This document shows positions 9,155 through 19,346 of a stretch of DNA of 64,000 nucleotides, in pieces; position 1 is the first letter of the stretch, and every line of letters begins with the position of its first letter. The notes under the pieces are model-generated. The model saw nothing but the letters and a program-made list of their open reading frames with translations. It did no database searches and had not been told where the DNA came from. The translations under genes and the position numbers were made by a program. This DNA comes from Candidatus Pacearchaeota archaeon. GTDB lineage: Archaea; Nanobdellota; Nanobdellia; Pacearchaeales; GW2011-AR1. The stretch lies in assembly GCA_018303845.1 (NCBI GenBank), contig JAGVXH010000004.1:197165-261164 (forward strand). Direction: 5' to 3'.

Positions 9155-10633
9155 TTATATCCTATGTTCTTTTTTTGCCAACTCAAATTCCGCCTTTTCC
9201 TTAGGAGAAACATAGTACTCAATCTTCTCAACTATGTGTTCCAAGTTATGAATCTCCCTAATAATTCCCTGTGCCGGAGCAAACTCCCTAACCCAAAACT
9301 GTGAAGAAAAATGTCTGACATTGCGAACTTCATGTAGACGCTTAGCCCCATAAATGGCAATTCCAAAACGACATACTCCAGAAACTACAAAGATGAACAA
9401 CATAGAAGAATTCATAAAAGAAATATCCATCCAAGCAATAATTGAACCAAGTCCAGCTCCGACAAATCCACCAATCCCAATCAACAAATTCATATATGAC
9501 AAACCAAATCCTCGTTTCCTATTACTGACCGCGTCATAAACATAATTATTCAAAGCCAAATTGTAGCCAGCCCAACCAAATCCAGCGACAGCCGACGGTA
9601 CAATCAACAAATAAATTTTAACCATTAAACTGTTTTCAATCAAAATAGACGCAACCCAAAGAAAAGGAACAGCTCCTAAGATAAGAGAACAAATTCTCAT
9701 CAATTTAATATTCCCATACTTATCACTAAATTTTCCAAGCAAAGGCAAAAAGACCAATTGAAAAATAACACTAGCAACCGTAATTGCCATAAACCAAACA
9801 TATGAAAATCCCAAATCCCGAATCATATAGACTGCCCAAAATGGACTCGAAATTCCAACCGCAAAAGTAAACGCAGCGGCGAATAAACTAAATCTTCCAA
9901 ATGGTGTGTCTTTGCATCGCTTCATAAAATCCGTAAAAGAAAAACAATCTTTCTTTCGAATCTTAATCTTGGGCTCATAAGACCTTCTAAGTAATTCCCA
10001 TGACCAAAGTCTAGACGCTCCACTAAGCACAAAAAGAATTCCAAATCCAAGCAGCGTGAACCCAACAACATTCCCATAAAGTCCACCAGCTTTCTCCATC
10101 CCATCTAGAATAAAAGCCCCAGCAATCATACTCACAACACCAAAAAGTCCCACAATGCGATTCCTCTTAGAGAAATATTTTCCCCTCTTCTCTTCAGGGA
10201 CTAGTGAGCCCATCCAAGAAAACCAAGCAGGATGAATAATCGCCTGAAAACAGTAATGCAAACCAACAATCCCAATGAAAGCCCAAACCATATGTGGCAC
10301 TCCAATCCAATGCAAATACCCAATCAACAGCAAAGGAAACACGAGAAAAATTTTCCACATCACTCCAGTCAAAACAATCCTTCTTCGCGAAAACCTCTCA
10401 ATCAAAGCAGCTGCCTTCAACTGCACGATATTCGGCAACAAGCTAATAACAGCATGTAAAATACCCATCTGAACAACACTAGCTCCCATAGCCAAAGCAG
10501 CCGGAGCAAAATATGACAAACTAAAACTTGAAGCAATGGAGGCCGCCGCGCCATCTTGAACACTTAATTTCAAACTCCGATCAATCTTCTTTTGCACAAT
10601 AGGATGATCAGCCTTGACAACACCACTCTTCAT
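9155..10633 (-). CDS. MFS transporter
   Basis: About 12 TM segments, WFSWMGSLVPEEKRGKYFS, LGKFSDKYG. Confidence 0.88.
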   Translation of the reverse strand: MKSGVVKADHPIVQKKIDRSLKLSVQDGAAASIASSFSLSYFAPAALAMGASVVQMGILHAVISLLPNIVQLKAAALIERFSRRRIVLTGVMWKIFLVFPLLLIGYLHWIGVPHMVWAFIGIVGLHYCFQAIIHPAWFSWMGSLVPEEKRGKYFSKRNRIVGLFGVVSMIAGAFILDGMEKAGGLYGNVVGFTLLGFGILFVLSGASRLWSWELLRRSYEPKIKIRKKDCFSFTDFMKRCKDTPFGRFSLFAAAFTFAVGISSPFWAVYMIRDLGFSYVWFMAITVASVIFQLVFLPLLGKFSDKYGNIKLMRICSLILGAVPFLWVASILIENSLMVKIYLLIVPSAVAGFGWAGYNLALNNYVYDAVSNRKRGFGLSYMNLLIGIGGFVGAGLGSIIAWMDISFMNSSMLFIFVVSGVCRFGIAIYGAKRLHEVRNVRHFSSQFWVREFAPAQGIIREIHNLEHIVEKIEYYVSPKEKAEFELAKKEHRI

Positions 10634-10685
10634 AAAACCTATCCGACAGAAGAATATAAAAATATAACTATCCCAAAACATTTAC

Positions 10686-10757
10686 GCGTGGATAGTATAA
10701 TGGTTCGCATGTGAGCTTCCCAAGCTCGAGATCCGGGTTCAATTCCCGGTCCGCGCA
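10686..10757 (+). tRNA. tRNA-Gly(CCC)
   Basis: Acceptor stem GCGTGGA/TCCGCGC, GAGC-TTCCCAA-GCTC anticodon arm, CCGGG-TTCAATT-CCCGG T-arm; D-stem is weak. Confidence 0.88.
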
Positions 10758-10762
10758 TTTAT

Positions 10763-10829
10763 GGGGAATCAAACCCTGTGTGAAATTTGACTCGAAGAGT
10801 CATGCAGTTCACTGCCGAGGTCCGCGCAT
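10763..10829 (+). repeat. tRNA-Gly 3'-derived hairpin-rich mini-element
   Basis: Imperfect inverted T-arm copy at 10763-10778, two hairpins, then GGTCCGCGCAT at 10819-10829 identical to 10748-10758. Confidence 0.7.
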
Positions 10830-10866
10830 AAATCAATAGAACCCTTGGGTTTAAAGGAAAACCAAA

Positions 10867-11228
10867 ATGCCAAAACAAATTATAATCCCAAAAATAAAAA
10901 TTACAGACAGACATCTCAGATGGAATTGGGAGCAGTCTCCAGACAACGACGAAAAAGCAAGATATCATTTTATCATAGTTGACAACAAAAGAAGAGAGGA
11001 ACTCAATTCCAAAAATTCGGTTCAGTAGAAATAACGAGAACAACAGAAGGAAAAGTCGAAGGCTCGCCTCATAGATATTTATTCAATTCTTTCGACATAA
11101 ACGTAGCACCCAGGGAAATAGATTTAACAAAATTAAGTTACCCAATCATAAAAGATAAAAATTTATACGAAAGACAAATAGGCTCCGTGGAAGACTACGT
11201 AATGAAATTATATTCAAAAAATAGTTAG
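10867..11228 (+). pseudogene. frameshifted hypothetical gene (about 120 aa if repaired)
   Basis: MPKQIIIPKIKITDRHLRWNWEQ... stops at about 11028; the -1 frame continues FGSVEITRTTEGKVEG... to TAG at 11228. Confidence 0.45.
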
Positions 11229-11258
11229 TCTTTTATATCAACTAAAACTCAATATATT

Positions 11259-13091
11259 ATGGCAGAAAAATTTTACATAACAACACCAATATACTACCCA
11301 AACGACGTCCCACACATAGGTCACGCCTATACAACAATTGCAGCTGACGTCATCGCTAGATGGAACAAGCTCCAAGGTAAAGAGGTATTTTTCCTAACTG
11401 GAACAGATGACCACGGGAAAAAAATTCTAGAAGCGGCAACAAAAGCAAACAAAATACCAAAACAATTCACAGATGACCTAATTCCAGAATTCAAATCGGC
11501 ATGGAAAAAATTAAACGTGAACTACGATAGATTCATCAGGACAACAGACCCAGATCATGAAGCAGTAGTCCAGCAAATTCTCCAAAAATGCTTCGATAAT
11601 GGCGACATCTACAAAGGAGAATATGAAGGATTTTATTGCACAGGTTGCGAAGCCTATTTCACGGAAAAAGATCTAGAAGACGGTTGCTGCCCAATTCATA
11701 AAAAGCCAATCGAATTATTAAAAGAAGAAACCTATATGTTCCGCCTCTCAAAATACCAAAACAAACTTCTAGAACTTTACGAGAAAACAAACTTCCTAGC
11801 GCCAAGACATCGAAAACAAGAAATCATAAACAGAGTAAAAGAAGGACTTAGAGATTTAAGCATCTCAAGAAATTCGTTCAATTGGGGAATCCCACTTCCA
11901 TTCGACAAAACCCACGTAACATACGTTTGGTTCGACGCACTCTTTAATTATTATTCGGCAACTCGAGAAAAAGGAAAAGAAGATTTTTGGCCAGCAAATG
12001 TCCACATAGTCGGTAAAGATATCTTCTGGTTCCACACAGTATACTGGCCGGCATTCCTAATGTCAGCAGGATTAGAACTCCCAAAGCAAGTTTTCGCGCA
12101 TGGTTGGTGGACTTTAGATAAAGAAAAAATTTCAAAGTCACGAGGAAAAGTAATAAGTATCGACGAACTAATCGGAATTGCAGGCCTAGACTCCGCCAGA
12201 TATTTTCTTTTTCGAGAAGCCTCATTTGGAGAAGATGGTGACTTTAGTAAAGAAGCCCTAATCGACCGCCACAACAACGAACTAGCAAACAAACTCGGAA
12301 ACCTAATCTCAAGAACCTCGAGCCTAGCAGAAAAATACGGCATAGAAAAAATAGCATGCCCCAACCAAGATGAATCTAATATTTGTGAGGGTACAGAAAA
12401 CAATTTATTAAAAAAATTAAACTTAAAACAAATAGAAGAATATTTCGAAGAATACAGGATTGACAAAGCCCTCTCCGAAATATTCGCATTCATAGACCAT
12501 TGCAACGAATTCGTTCAGCATGAGAAACCATGGGAAACCCACGACACCAAAGTCCTTTACCAGCTGGTAGAATCAATCAGACAAATCGCAAAACTCCTAT
12601 CCCCCTTCATTCCAGACACGGCAGAAAGAATCCAAGAAGTATTTGCCAAAGACCAAATCAAAAAAGCCCCAATCCTTTTCACAAAAATAGAAACATCAGA
12701 ATCAATTAGCCCAAAACTTAATAATACAGAAATCCCAAATAAAACAATGGAAAACGTAACCACAATCCAATTCGAAGACTTCGCAAAACTAGACCTTCGC
12801 GTAGCCGAAATAGAAAACATAGAAGACATCCCAGGTGCCGACAAATTATACAAACTAACACTAGGCGTAGGCGAACTAGGAGAAAGAACAATCTGCGCCG
12901 GAATAAAACAATTCTACAATCACGACGACCTAAAAGGAAAAAAAATAATAATCATAGCAAATCTAGAACCCAGAAAACTAAAAGGAATAACTTCACAAGG
13001 AATGCTTCTTGCCGCCTCGACCAAAGACAAAAAAACCGTCTCCTTAATATCTCCAGACTCTGACATTGCCCCAGGCTCAACAGTTGGCTAA
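11259..13091 (+). CDS. metG: methionine--tRNA ligase with C-terminal tRNA-binding domain
   Basis: FYITTPIYYPN..PHIGH, Zn knuckle, KISKS, C-terminal DFAKLDLRVA...SQGMLLAA. Confidence 0.97.
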   Translation: MAEKFYITTPIYYPNDVPHIGHAYTTIAADVIARWNKLQGKEVFFLTGTDDHGKKILEAATKANKIPKQFTDDLIPEFKSAWKKLNVNYDRFIRTTDPDHEAVVQQILQKCFDNGDIYKGEYEGFYCTGCEAYFTEKDLEDGCCPIHKKPIELLKEETYMFRLSKYQNKLLELYEKTNFLAPRHRKQEIINRVKEGLRDLSISRNSFNWGIPLPFDKTHVTYVWFDALFNYYSATREKGKEDFWPANVHIVGKDIFWFHTVYWPAFLMSAGLELPKQVFAHGWWTLDKEKISKSRGKVISIDELIGIAGLDSARYFLFREASFGEDGDFSKEALIDRHNNELANKLGNLISRTSSLAEKYGIEKIACPNQDESNICEGTENNLLKKLNLKQIEEYFEEYRIDKALSEIFAFIDHCNEFVQHEKPWETHDTKVLYQLVESIRQIAKLLSPFIPDTAERIQEVFAKDQIKKAPILFTKIETSESISPKLNNTEIPNKTMENVTTIQFEDFAKLDLRVAEIENIEDIPGADKLYKLTLGVGELGERTICAGIKQFYNHDDLKGKKIIIIANLEPRKLKGITSQGMLLAASTKDKKTVSLISPDSDIAPGSTVG

Positions 13092-13094
13092 AAA

Positions 13095-13463
13095 TTATTC
13101 TCTTAAAACAGCAATAAGATTACCACTTTCATCAACTTCCTCCACTCTGGAGTTATATTTTTCTGCAAATATTATAGCGTCTTTTCTGGTACAATTAGCT
13201 AATTTTTCTAAAACGTCTTTATTTCCATATTCATCAGGTCTGATGATACCCAATACAGTTTTAATCTCTTTCCCGAAATTGCTGACATGAATACGTTGTA
13301 CTAAACCATAATCATCATTTCGTTCAGTAAAATCAGGAATACTGGACACATGAAAATAAGAGTGAGTATTGTTCCCCTCCCCTTGTATTCTCCACATCCA
13401 ACATGTAAAAATATCGTAACCAGGAGGAGTCACTTCGATAGTAGGACCTTTTATCTTGTTCAT
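13095..13463 (-). CDS. hypothetical protein
   Basis: ORF from MNKIKGP; composition differs from neighbours. Confidence 0.55.
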   Translation of the reverse strand: MNKIKGPTIEVTPPGYDIFTCWMWRIQGEGNNTHSYFHVSSIPDFTERNDDYGLVQRIHVSNFGKEIKTVLGIIRPDEYGNKDVLEKLANCTRKDAIIFAEKYNSRVEEVDESGNLIAVLRE

Positions 13464-13517
13464 GGGATTATCAACCTTAAGATACTTTATAACAATTATT
13501 ATACTTAACAATTCAAA

Positions 13518-13545
13518 AATCCGTGTAATCTGTGTAATCTGTGGC
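13518..13545 (+). repeat. triplet 9-bp micro-array (solo)
   Basis: AATCCGTGT AATCTGTGT AATCTGTGG C, just after the minD stop. Confidence 0.85.
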
Positions 13546-13551
13546 TAAAAA

Positions 13552-14304
13552 TCACCTTCCAAAAACCCTAGAAAAAAACCCAACCCTCTCAACAACCATC
13601 TCCCCATTCACCTTCCGCGCAATCTCCAAATACTTCCGTGCAACCCGACTTCTAGGATGCGTATGCGAAACAGCATCCCTCAAATTCAAAGCCTCTTTAA
13701 CAGCCTTATCCTCAGGAACAACACCAATAATTTGTGCCTCAAGCATCGACTTAATAGAACTTAAAGGCATCTCATATTTCGCATCAGCATGTCGAGTAAC
13801 AATCACTCCATTAATTTCCTTGCCCATTTCCCTCGCAACCTTAACAGCCTTAAGCGCGTCAGTAACAGCTGGCATCTCAGGATTTGTAACAATAATAATT
13901 TCATCAGCACATTCCAAGACAGCAATAACTTCTTCCCCGAAACCAGCAGCAGAATCAATAATTACATAATCGCAAAGTTTTCCCAAAGCCTGAGTAATCT
14001 CTGGCAACTTCTTAACATTAAATTTAGTCAATTCCTTAATCGATAAACTCGACGGAACAATCTTCGTTCCAGAATGATGCTCGTAAATAGCGTCTTCAAT
14101 CTCAGCCTTCCCTTTCAAAACGTGATTCAAAGTAATAGGAACAATCGGAGCACCAAGTTGCAAACCAATGTTTGGCGTGTTCAAATTAGCATCAACAATA
14201 ATAACTTCCATCTTCAGTTTATTCAAACTCACACCCAAATTAATCGCAGTAGTAGTCTTCCCGACGCCGCCCTTCCCCGAATTTATCACAATTATCCTTG
14301 CCAT
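13552..14304 (-). CDS. minD: MinD family ATPase
   Basis: SGKGGVGKTT deviant Walker A, IIDSAAG, C-terminal amphipathic GFFSRVFG. Confidence 0.93.
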   Translation of the reverse strand: MARIIVINSGKGGVGKTTTAINLGVSLNKLKMEVIIVDANLNTPNIGLQLGAPIVPITLNHVLKGKAEIEDAIYEHHSGTKIVPSSLSIKELTKFNVKKLPEITQALGKLCDYVIIDSAAGFGEEVIAVLECADEIIIVTNPEMPAVTDALKAVKVAREMGKEINGVIVTRHADAKYEMPLSSIKSMLEAQIIGVVPEDKAVKEALNLRDAVSHTHPRSRVARKYLEIARKVNGEMVVERVGFFSRVFGR

Positions 14305-14431
14305 CTATTTTATTTCTTGTTATCAACGGTGTTCCCTTTCCCGTTTCTAACAAATGTGTATCTACCAGAAAAGGTTGCTTTATAAATTTTGTTAACTCGA
14401 GGGCTAAGAGAAATATCCCGAAAATCAACAA

Positions 14432-14878
14432 TCACTTAGAAAGAATAGCCTTAACCCTTATCATAAAAGCTTCAACAACATCATAATATTCGCTCAACTT
14501 TTCCATATTAATATCAACATTTTTAGTGGGGGTAACAACAATCTTCAAATTTACATTTTTCCGAAATTCCCCACTCCGAACCTTCTTTAATTCCGGAACC
14601 CTCTTGAAAAAAACATAAAGCGGAACAACCTTCTGAATCGCATCATCCTTAGAAAAATACTTATTAATAAATTCAATTCTCTGTTTAGGCGTAGCATGCA
14701 TACAGGCAATTGACCCATCTTCACAACCTTTCTCTAAAATAGCATCAAAAGAAATCTCAATCAAACTTTTCCATCTAGCCAAAAGATTCAAAATTACATC
14801 ACAAGTCTTTGTGTACTTTAAGCTCACATACATCAAATGGTCTGCACTAGTTTTTTCCTTGATAATTTCTTCATCCAT
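14432..14878 (-). CDS. conserved archaeal hypothetical protein
   Basis: ADHLMYVSLKYTKTCDVI..., EFRKNV; SD-like GGGAGG upstream. Confidence 0.75.
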   Translation of the reverse strand: MDEEIIKEKTSADHLMYVSLKYTKTCDVILNLLARWKSLIEISFDAILEKGCEDGSIACMHATPKQRIEFINKYFSKDDAIQKVVPLYVFFKRVPELKKVRSGEFRKNVNLKIVVTPTKNVDINMEKLSEYYDVVEAFMIRVKAILSK

Positions 14879-14914
14879 AATTTTGCCCTCCCTATGCAAC
14901 AGGAACGAACCGAA

Positions 14915-15337
14915 TTACCTTTTTATATCTGTCGGAAAACTGCTAACAATATCGCTAACAGACTCAACAAATTCTCGAAGTCGCGAAACCTTCAAAATCT
15001 TCCAATCCCCATTAACTTCCATCAGCACCTCATCTTTCCTAGCAAATTCAACTTTACAAATTCTCTGTGCCCTCTCCACTTCCAAAATATTTACCAAATT
15101 CAAAACAGCAATCTCATTCAAATACTTCGGAGCCACTTTATCCACAAACGTTTTCAAATTCCCTTTCACTCCTTCCCTGATTAAAAATGCCCGAACTAAT
15201 TTCCCAGCAGCCTTCGCCCCCTCACGAATCACCCCGACCAAAACCCGCTTTTCCGCATACTCTTCGTAAATCCCAAGCATCCGCTGTGCCACACTCAAAT
15301 GATACTTAGCCTCATAAAACTCAAGCAAATAATCCAT
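14915..15337 (-). CDS. hypothetical protein
   Basis: ORF in operon context between nac and minD. Confidence 0.7.
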   Translation of the reverse strand: MDYLLEFYEAKYHLSVAQRMLGIYEEYAEKRVLVGVIREGAKAAGKLVRAFLIREGVKGNLKTFVDKVAPKYLNEIAVLNLVNILEVERAQRICKVEFARKDEVLMEVNGDWKILKVSRLREFVESVSDIVSSFPTDIKR

Positions 15338-15387
15338 CAACCATTAATTAAAAACTTCTTTATATTAATTATCGTGATAAGAAACAA

Positions 15388-15717
15388 CTAACTCTTCAAC
15401 TCCATTATCGCCTCAGCAATATCCCCATCAACTTTTTCCAAAGCTTCCCGAACCTCATCTTCACTCTTTCCGGTCTGCCCCATAACCATCTTCACGTCAT
15501 CCTCACTAAAACTTTCAGCCTCTTCCTCAACAACGTCCCCAGTCACCTGAAAACTTACCTGCCCTTGCATCTTAATCTTCATAACATTAGGATTCTCAAT
15601 AACCAAATTTCCATCCGCCATTTCAAAAACAACACGTCTCACCGGCAAATCCTCTTGGCTAATCCCCATCTTCTTCATCATTCCCTTCATCTGTGCTGGA
15701 TTCACTCCGCCAAACAT
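15388..15717 (-). CDS. nac: nascent polypeptide-associated complex protein
   Basis: MFGGVNPAQMKGMMKKMGI, C-terminal UBA-like EDDVKMVM.QTG...GDIAEAIMEL. Confidence 0.95.
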   Translation of the reverse strand: MFGGVNPAQMKGMMKKMGISQEDLPVRRVVFEMADGNLVIENPNVMKIKMQGQVSFQVTGDVVEEEAESFSEDDVKMVMGQTGKSEDEVREALEKVDGDIAEAIMELKS

Positions 15718-15718
15718 C

Positions 15719-15877
15719 TTATCCGTAAAACATACGAAGTCCAACAACCAAAATAATCGTCGCGATAATCATCCCGACAACAGCACCTGGTCCAAACTTC
15801 AATTTAGAATTATATTCTTCGTTATAACGCATCAACCCACCAAAACCGGAGGGCATCGACATTGTATTATCAGCCAT
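15719..15877 (-). CDS. secG: preprotein translocase subunit Sec61-beta (absent from the ORF track)
   Basis: Manual translation MADNTMSMPSGFGGLMRYNEEYNSKLKFGPGAVVGMIIATIILVVGLRMFYG. Confidence 0.9.
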   Translation of the reverse strand: MADNTMSMPSGFGGLMRYNEEYNSKLKFGPGAVVGMIIATIILVVGLRMFYG

Positions 15878-16007
15878 ATTAAAAACAAACACATATAGTT
15901 TATAAGTTTTCCGAACGAATTTTCGTCTTCGACAAATAATCTCAAAACAAAAACATTTAAATATAACATTCTCGACAATAAAACAACTAAGGGAGAAGGA
16001 GGTAAAA

Positions 16008-16448
16008 ATGTATAAAAAAAGAGGACAAGCAGCTTTGGAATTCCTAATGACATACGGCTGGGCAATTCTATCAGCAATTATCGTTATTGGAGCACTCGGA
16101 TCATACTTCTACTTTAATCAAGGAGGTACTACTACCGTGGTAGTAAATGCACCATTCTACGGAGTATCAGCTGCAGCAACTACAACTACTCTAAGCCTAG
16201 AAATAGCAAATAAAGGCGGAGAAGACTTGAATACAGTATTAGTTAATGTAACTGGAAATGGACTTGGATGTACTCAACAGACTATAGCTAGTATGGCTGG
16301 AGCATCGCAAGAAGTTGTTGCAATACCTTGTGCTGGTTTAGGCGCATCTGGCTCTGCAGTTAAGGGAAACATTGAGATATCATATCTAAGAGCAGGTAGT
16401 ACGCTTCCATTAACAGTCACAGGATCGGTTTCAACATCTGTTGCATAA
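16008..16448 (+). CDS. class III signal peptide pilin (likely major pilin)
   Basis: KKRG/QAALEFLMTYGWAIL; own TATA-like TTTAAATA, GGAGGT SD and T-rich terminator. Confidence 0.9.
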   Translation: MYKKRGQAALEFLMTYGWAILSAIIVIGALGSYFYFNQGGTTTVVVNAPFYGVSAAATTTTLSLEIANKGGEDLNTVLVNVTGNGLGCTQQTIASMAGASQEVVAIPCAGLGASGSAVKGNIEISYLRAGSTLPLTVTGSVSTSVA

Positions 16449-16451
16449 ATT

Positions 16452-16490
16452 GATTTTATTTAATTTTTACTTTATTATTTTTTATTTTTT
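16452..16490 (+). terminator. oligo-T terminator of the pilin gene
   Basis: Successive T-runs directly after the stop codon. Confidence 0.6.
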
Positions 16491-16574
16491 AATCCTAAGT
16501 CGAGAGACTCAAAAATCAAAAACTAGAAAACAACGTACAATAATTTTTAATTTTTAAAATCCAATTTTCAATAT

Positions 16575-17441
16575 CTATTTCATCTGAAATCTATGCAAAC
16601 TTCCAGGATAAGGCCTACTGGAAACATTAATACCAGTCCCTTGACAAATTTTGTAAGAATAAATGCTTGTGGAATGATTTGTTCCTCTCATCTTGTAAAC
16701 CTCTAAAAATCTCTCTCTCTCTTTTTTAATCCTAGTAAAATAAAGCAGTATCAAAGAGTCCGCCTCAAACTCCAAAATTCTTGATGATTCTCTTTTGTCA
16801 ATTAGCGGATCCCTTTCATAAATTAAAAGCGAAGTGCAAGTCCAACTTCTCAAAAGTGAGAACAAAGCAAGTGTCTTTTCTCTCATTTCAACATCTCGAT
16901 CAAACAACATAACAAAAGCTGTAATACTATCAATTGCAATTCTTTTAATTTTCTTTGTCAAAACAATTGTCTCAATATCTCCGCCACCTTCTTCAAGCAT
17001 AGTTCTAATTTTTTCTGGCGTATATGATAAAAAGAAAAATTTCCCATTCTTTTCAGCTTCTTCTAAATCCCAGCCAAGTTCCGACATATTAATATAAAAT
17101 TCTTTCTTTTTCTCTTCAAAAGAAACATATAAAACATTTTCTCCTTTCTTCAGCCCTTCAATTAAAAATTGCGTGGCAAAAATAGACTTTCCATTCCCAC
17201 TTCCTCCGACGAGCAAATTAGTAGAATTTTTCTCGAAACCTCCCTCAATAACATTATCTAAATTGGCAATTCCAGTAGAAACTCTTTCAATATTATGCTT
17301 AGGTTTCTTTTTATTCAAACGACGGGATGTCCCAAGTTTACTTACTCCAATTTTTAAGTTCACTTTCTTTCCATCTTTAGCGATAACCCTCTTAGAAACC
17401 TTTTTCACAACCCTCTTAGAAACCTTTTTCTTAGTCACCAT
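16575..17441 (-). CDS. KaiC/RAD55-like RecA-superfamily ATPase
   Basis: STGIANLDNVIEGG, GGSGNGKS, RIAIDS, EVYKMRGT; K-rich N-terminus. Confidence 0.9.
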   Translation of the reverse strand: MVTKKKVSKRVVKKVSKRVIAKDGKKVNLKIGVSKLGTSRRLNKKKPKHNIERVSTGIANLDNVIEGGFEKNSTNLLVGGSGNGKSIFATQFLIEGLKKGENVLYVSFEEKKKEFYINMSELGWDLEEAEKNGKFFFLSYTPEKIRTMLEEGGGDIETIVLTKKIKRIAIDSITAFVMLFDRDVEMREKTLALFSLLRSWTCTSLLIYERDPLIDKRESSRILEFEADSLILLYFTRIKKERERFLEVYKMRGTNHSTSIYSYKICQGTGINVSSRPYPGSLHRFQMK

Positions 17442-17512
17442 ACATCATAATATTAAATCATATATAAAAACATTCCGCCAATAACCATATTTTAAAAATA
17501 ATTAGAGAATAA

Positions 17513-18415
17513 TTAAGCCAGTCCGCCCATAAGTACGCCCAATATTTTCCCCAAGGCAAAAAATATACCTAAGCTCAAAATCAACATGGCAGGCAGATAC
17601 CTTAATCCTTCTTTCTCGTCTCCTTTACTCACCAGGCCTAAGACAAGCGCAGCCATAACATCCATTACAATAATAAAAAAAAGTGAAAAATAAAAAATAA
17701 AAGTAGTAGAAATACTAATCGCAGAAAAAGAAATAGGAATATTTTGTGGCATAGAATCCGTATTAACATCAGCCATTAATTCCGTCATGGTTTCAACCAA
17801 AACTCCACTAAGCGAAAAAAGCCCAGGTGCAAAAACAGAAACTGCTAAGAAAATAAAAATCACATACATCAAAACTTGCGATGCCGCCTTCTTTTCAACA
17901 AATTCTCGTTGCCTCATATTTCGCGAAGTTTCCTCAAGCAAAATCGCTAAATCCCCTCCGGCACGAATCCCGGACAAAATAATTGAGAGCGTCTTATCAA
18001 TCTTTTCAGAATTAATTCTTTTAGACATAACTCTAAGCGCAATATCAACCGGCTTTCCCGTGGAGATATCTTTCCCGGCTTGCATAATTTCTTTATCAAG
18101 TGGGTCAAACTCAGGTCGAGCACTAAGTAACATGGCACGGTCAACAGTCATTCCAGCTCGTAAATTACTAGAAACCAAACTTAAAAAATCGGGGAAAACA
18201 TCCTCTATCCTTTTAATACGAGCAGTTTCTTTTAGCCCATTCATAAATCTTAAGCCAAAAAAGGTTACAGCCCCACCAATCCCAAATCCGATTCCAGTTT
18301 GAATAAATTCCCCATAAATAATATATGTAATCAGTCCAACTATCAAAGCAAGAATACCAGAAATTAAAATCCTTTTCCGATCTTCCAAAACTTTTTCTCT
18401 ATCCTTTCCTCTCAT
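17513..18415 (-). CDS. type II secretion system F / TadC-like pilus platform protein
   Basis: FPDFLSLVSSNLRAGMTVDRA and TM segments. Confidence 0.9.
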   Translation of the reverse strand: MRGKDREKVLEDRKRILISGILALIVGLITYIIYGEFIQTGIGFGIGGAVTFFGLRFMNGLKETARIKRIEDVFPDFLSLVSSNLRAGMTVDRAMLLSARPEFDPLDKEIMQAGKDISTGKPVDIALRVMSKRINSEKIDKTLSIILSGIRAGGDLAILLEETSRNMRQREFVEKKAASQVLMYVIFIFLAVSVFAPGLFSLSGVLVETMTELMADVNTDSMPQNIPISFSAISISTTFIFYFSLFFIIVMDVMAALVLGLVSKGDEKEGLRYLPAMLILSLGIFFALGKILGVLMGGLA

Positions 18416-18461
18416 GGTTTAACTCTCCAGATTGTCCAAAACTTCAGTCTTTTATGCGGCA

Positions 18462-19346
18462 TCATAGTAAGCTCGGACGTTTAGATTTAATCATTCCTAA
18501 AAACATGATTTGAAACAAAACAACAAAAACAAAAAATCCCAAAAACAAACCCATGGTCAAATTTTTTTCTAGCCCAATCATCGAAGCAACTACTGTCATA
18601 AAACTAACTGACAACGCAGGCACAATAACCGAAATCAACATATACATCATAATCAAAGGATTTAACTTGTTCCCATAATTCTGAATCTGAATCATCTGTT
18701 CTTCATTGAGCGTTCTAATATTTTCAACAATTATCATAGACATATCACTCCCCGCGTTAAGTCCATTACTAATCTGCCAAAGCGTCCTCTTTAAAAAAAC
18801 CGAATGACTCTTTGCGCTAATATCAGCCAAGACTTCAGCTTCGGGTTCGCCAGCTCCAATTTTCTTAACAGCATTCCGAAATTCAAGACTCAACTCTCCA
18901 TAATCTGACATTGAAATATTTGTCAAAATATCAAATAGCGGAATTCCAGAATTCAACTGAATCAAAATATCCTCTAAAGCAAAAATTAAATTCTTCTCAA
19001 TGTCTTTCTCCCGTTTAGATGCAAAAACCTTAGGGTAGGCCAACTGACTAAAAGCAATCGATATGGAAAAAATACCACTTAATCCTAAAGCATAGACCCA
19101 AAATCCAGGAATGCCTGCAACCATCAAAAGCGAAGCAAACACAATTAACAAGATCAAAAACGTATTAACAAAACTCCTGAAAACAATTCCTAAATATTCT
19201 TCTCGAGTTAATTTAATATTAATTTCTTCAAGATATTCCTTCAAAGAAGATTTTTTCTTATAATGAAACTTTGACGCAAAAAACTTTGATCTTGATTTTA
19301 ACTTCTCAATATTGGAATCAGCAAGCGGAATTCTAAAAACGACCAT
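18462..19346 (-). CDS. type II secretion system F / TadB-like pilus platform protein
   Basis: LIFALEDILIQLNSGIPLFD...DYGELSLEF, terminal KSKRP. Confidence 0.9.
   Translation of the reverse strand: MVVFRIPLADSNIEKLKSRSKFFASKFHYKKKSSLKEYLEEINIKLTREEYLGIVFRSFVNTFLILLIVFASLLMVAGIPGFWVYALGLSGIFSISIAFSQLAYPKVFASKREKDIEKNLIFALEDILIQLNSGIPLFDILTNISMSDYGELSLEFRNAVKKIGAGEPEAEVLADISAKSHSVFLKRTLWQISNGLNAGSDMSMIIVENIRTLNEEQMIQIQNYGNKLNPLIMMYMLISVIVPALSVSFMTVVASMIGLEKNLTMGLFLGFFVFVVLFQIMFLGMIKSKRPSLL

Noticed and set aside
12356..12394. Palindromic insert in metG encoding CPNQDESNICEG
   Set aside because: The arms match at only 8 of 13 positions; an ortholog alignment is needed before calling it an element.
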